Assembly (NCBI RefSeq): GCF_902652985.1
Contig: NC_047020.1
Coordinates: forward strand, 5,456,001-5,520,000
Direction: 5' to 3'
DNA from: Pecten maximus
Lineage: Eukaryota
Length of the DNA: 64,000 bases
In this document: positions 60,480 through 64,000 of the stretch, piece after piece
How positions within the stretch are numbered: position 1 is the first letter of the stretch
Layout: the number at the start of each line of letters is the position of its first letter
Notes under the pieces: model-generated
Databases searched by the model: none
Seen by the model: only the letters and a program-made list of their open reading frames with translations
What the model was told of the DNA's origin: nothing
Translations under genes and position numbers: made by a program

Positions 60480-61670
60480 ATGTCGGACTTGGATGAGATG
60501 ACAGAGGAGGAAGTGACTAAGTTGGTAGCACATTTTAAGACGATGAAGACCAAACCGAAGCTTGATTCCCTTGCAGATTTTCAGGCATGGATGAAAGATC
60601 GGGTTTTGAAAGATGTGGAAAGCAAGGAAGATAGCAAGGCAAGCGTGAAGCAGGAGATTCAGACGCAGTATACTACCTCTGCCATTCAGCATTTCCCCAA
60701 GATTTCACATTTCTCGGGTGACAAGGACAAGAAGGATGTTCCCTATGATGTGTGGAGGAAAGAAGTTGAGTGTATAATTAGAGAAGGGCATCCTGAGCAT
60801 GCAGTAGCACAGGCTGTCAGGAGTTCACTGAAGGGAGAAGCTCTTAGAGTAAGATCTATTCTGCCAGCATCCGTCACAACAGGAGAAGTTATTGCGAAGA
60901 TGGATAGCATATATGGAACGGTGGTGAAGTGTGAAATGTATCTTGCAAAGTTTTTCAGTGCTCGACAGGAATCTGATGAAAGTGTGTCGTCATGGAGCTG
61001 CCGACTTGAGACGTTACTCTCCAAAGCTGTAGAAGGTGGACAAGTTGATGCCAGAAAGACTAATGATATGCTGTGCACTATGTTGTGGCAGGGTCTTCGG
61101 TCTCCATTGAAGGATGTGACTGCACATTTGCTGGATCGCAACAAGGTCTTTGATGAGCTTCGAATTGCCATACGTAGGTTCGAGGAAGATCAGAACCAGA
61201 GGACTACAGAGGACAAGACAACCAAGAAACAGGTAGCTAAGTCTATGGCAGCTGTTGACACCCCTTCAGCTGAGGAGGGAGGACTGAAGGAGATTAAGGG
61301 GATTGTACAACAGCTGGCTGCGGATGTCAAGGCACTTAAGGAGGGAAGTCGGGAAAAACAGAACAAGCCGAAGAAGAATAAGATGTTTCAGCAGAGGGAT
61401 TTCCAACGACCTCAGAATCCTCAGCATCCCTACGACCAGTCTAGAGGGAATTATTTTCAGCCTCAGCAGGTATATCAGAATCAACCGAACTCTGGCTACA
61501 ATCAACAGGAACCTACTGCTGCCATGGACAATGACCAGGATAGCAGAGAAGAGCCAGAATGCTATAGATGTCATCAGAGAGGGCACATTGCATTGGGATG
61601 TCGGGTTAGGTTGGATCATACCAGGAAACCTTTAAACTCCCAGTGGCCATCATCAAGGGGGGGACGATAG
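60480..61670 (+). CDS. Gypsy Gag (PNMA-like capsid, CCHC knuckle)
   Basis: PKISHFSG, SSLKGEA, ARQ..DESVSSW..RLE, CYRCHQRGHIALGC. ATG 60480 preferred over the TTG start at 60429. Confidence 0.9.
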   Translation: MSDLDEMTEEEVTKLVAHFKTMKTKPKLDSLADFQAWMKDRVLKDVESKEDSKASVKQEIQTQYTTSAIQHFPKISHFSGDKDKKDVPYDVWRKEVECIIREGHPEHAVAQAVRSSLKGEALRVRSILPASVTTGEVIAKMDSIYGTVVKCEMYLAKFFSARQESDESVSSWSCRLETLLSKAVEGGQVDARKTNDMLCTMLWQGLRSPLKDVTAHLLDRNKVFDELRIAIRRFEEDQNQRTTEDKTTKKQVAKSMAAVDTPSAEEGGLKEIKGIVQQLAADVKALKEGSREKQNKPKKNKMFQQRDFQRPQNPQHPYDQSRGNYFQPQQVYQNQPNSGYNQQEPTAAMDNDQDSREEPECYRCHQRGHIALGCRVRLDHTRKPLNSQWPSSRGGR

Positions 61671-64000
61671 GCCATAATGGACGACGGAACCAGACCATCA
61701 GACAACCTCCAGATTTACTTGGACCACCTACCGAAGCCACCATTTTCATTGACAGATTCCAGACTAAGGCCCTTTTGGATTCAGGCTCTACCGTGTCTAC
61801 AGTAAGCCGTAACTTCTACGACAAACATCTTAGTCACCTTGAGTTAAAATCTTTGGATACTGTCCTGAAGGTGGAGTGTGCTGATGGCCAGGATTTGCCA
61901 TACCAAGGACTCATAGAAGTGCCTATCAGTCTGGAGGGAACAGGTCTCAGCGATGAAGATAACAGGATTGAGAATGGTATCTTCCTTGTGGTTCCGGATA
62001 GCCCCTATAACACCACAGTACCTGTACTTGTGGGAACCAACATTTTGACTGTGATGCTACAACGCGTAAGAGATGAATATGGACGGACATTCTTACAGAA
62101 AGCAAGACTCATAACACCTTTGTACTTGGCTTTCAGATGTATGACACTGCGGGACAAGGAGTTAGAGAAGCACAATCATCGTCTAGCTGTTGTTAGAAGT
62201 GCTGAAGATAAACCAGTAACCATACCTGCTAACTCTGAGGTAACCGTAGATGGGTTCACTAAGAAGAATTTAGCCTACCCCAGTGTTTGTGCTCTTCTTC
62301 AACCAACTCCAGGATCCTGTATACCAGACGACTTGGATATTACCCCATCTCTAGTTCCCTATCACTATGATAGTAAGGGAATTGTCAAGGTTCACATCAC
62401 CAACCTATCTACATCAACTGTAACGATACAGCCTCGAGCTCTACTATGTGAGATGCAGCCCGTTACAGTTGAGGATATCACCAAGGAGACAGAGGTGAAT
62501 TCTTCAGAGGATGTGCTGGAGAAAGTAGAGTTATGTACAGAGGGATTGTCAGAGGAGGAGATAGTTAAAGGGAGACAATTCTTGGAGCAACATCGCCATA
62601 TCTTCTCTACTGGTGATACAGACTTAGGCCATACATCATTAGTAACTCACAGGATTGAGCTTACTAATGACATACCCTTTAAACAGAGATGTCGACGTAT
62701 TCCACCGTCAATGTTTGACGAAGTGAGGACCCATTTACATCAGTTACTAGCTGCTGGAGTCATTCGTCGCTCACATTCCCCATGGTCATCGAATGTTGTA
62801 CTTGTTCGGAAGAAAAATGGAAAGCTACGTCTTTGTGTGGATTACCGTCAGTTAAATGAGAGGACTGTCAAAGACGCTTATGCCTTACCACGCATTGATG
62901 AGACTTTGGATTCGCTTGCTGGTAACAAATTCTTTTCAGTTGTGGATATGAAGTCAGGATACCATCAGGTTGAACTTCATACAGAACATAAGGACCGTAC
63001 CGCTTTTACCGTAGGACCATTTGGGTTCTACGAGTACACCCGTATGCCCTTTGGATTGGCGAACGCCCCGGCAACCTATCAACGGCTGATGGAAGAGGCA
63101 TTGCAGGGATTACATACAAAGATTTGCTTTGTTTACATTGATGACGTGATAGTGTTCTCTGGGACTTTTGAGGATCACCTACAACGCCTAGAGGTGATGT
63201 TTAAGCGCTTAGAGGATTGTGGGATGAAGCTTGCACCAGACAAGTGTTCTTTATTCCGTCGCAAGGTGAAGTATGTGGGCCATATAGTGTCAGAGCATGG
63301 AATAGAGCCGGATCCCGAGAAGATTGAGAAAGTGACATCATGGCCACGTCCCGAAAATTCTGACGATGTGAGAAAATTCCTGGGTTTTGTCGGATACTAC
63401 CGCCGCTTCATCAAGAATTTTTCACGCATAGCCCGACCTCTTACTATCCTTATGACCCCACCTGAAAAGAAGAGAGGACGGAAGCCTAAGAAGCAGGACC
63501 CAGGCATACATCCCTGGATATGGGAAGACGAACAAGAAGAGGCTTTTCAGGAGCTCAAGACAAGTCTTACTGGACCACCAATTGTAAGTTATCCTGACTT
63601 TTCGAAGCCTTTTGTTCTCCACACGGATGCCTCTGGATTAGGATTGGGTGCCATATTATACCAGTACCAGGATGATGTAAAGCGGGTGATAGCATATGCT
63701 AGTCGAGGATTGACTAAAGCTGAGAGACGTTACCCAGCGCACAAAATGGAGTTCCTCGCTTTGAAATGGGCAGTTACAGACAAGTTTTCGGACTACCTCA
63801 TCGCCTGCCCTTTCACTGTCATCACGGACAACAATCCTCTGACATATGTGTTGTCTTCTGCTAAGCTTGATGCTACGTCACAAAGATGGATAGCAGCGTT
63901 GGCCAACTATGATTTCGACATCCAGTACAGACCCGGTATCAACAATGCTGATGCTGACAGCATGTCCAGACACCCTTCACTCAGCGCAGATTCAGAGATG
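61631..64000 (+). CDS. Gypsy Pol (protease, RT, RNase H), -1 frame to gag, runs off the window
   Basis: ALLDSGSTVS, LRLCVDYRQLN, MPFGLANAPATYQR, YIDD (63134), LHTDASG, TDNNPL, NADADSMSR. Frame was checked at the slippery site, YIDD and the window end; missing from the ORF track, consistent with no stop before 64000. Confidence 0.93.

Overview
AT-rich animal DNA, most likely from a bivalve mollusc. That assignment is inferred from the pearl/CvA-type repeats, a V-domain SINE and the retroelement types. Three host genes lie on the minus strand. Two are paralogous 9-finger C2H2 zinc-finger genes (10073-12427, single coding exon; 21469-24782, two coding exons) that share an unrecognised ~70-aa N-terminal domain and a post-finger WREDI motif. 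The third is the 3' half of calpain-15/SOL (nine exons, 37210-52113). At least four of its splice sites have been tandemly amplified into arrays of decoy splice sites. An upstream calpain-15 intron holds an apparently intact Ngaro/DIRS-like tyrosine-recombinase retrotransposon. Its sequence predicts two expression routes: UGA readthrough for Gag-RT-RNaseH, and an in-frame splice producing a Gag(N)-recombinase fusion. A Ty3/Gypsy element (5' LTR, PBS, gag, -1 frameshift, pol running off the window) directly follows or interrupts it. The rest is Helentron-like repeats, MITEs, a Ulp1-protease-carrying insertion with a 9-bp TSD, LINE/LTR relics and minisatellites. All coordinates and alignments were read by eye; repeat boundaries are approximate.
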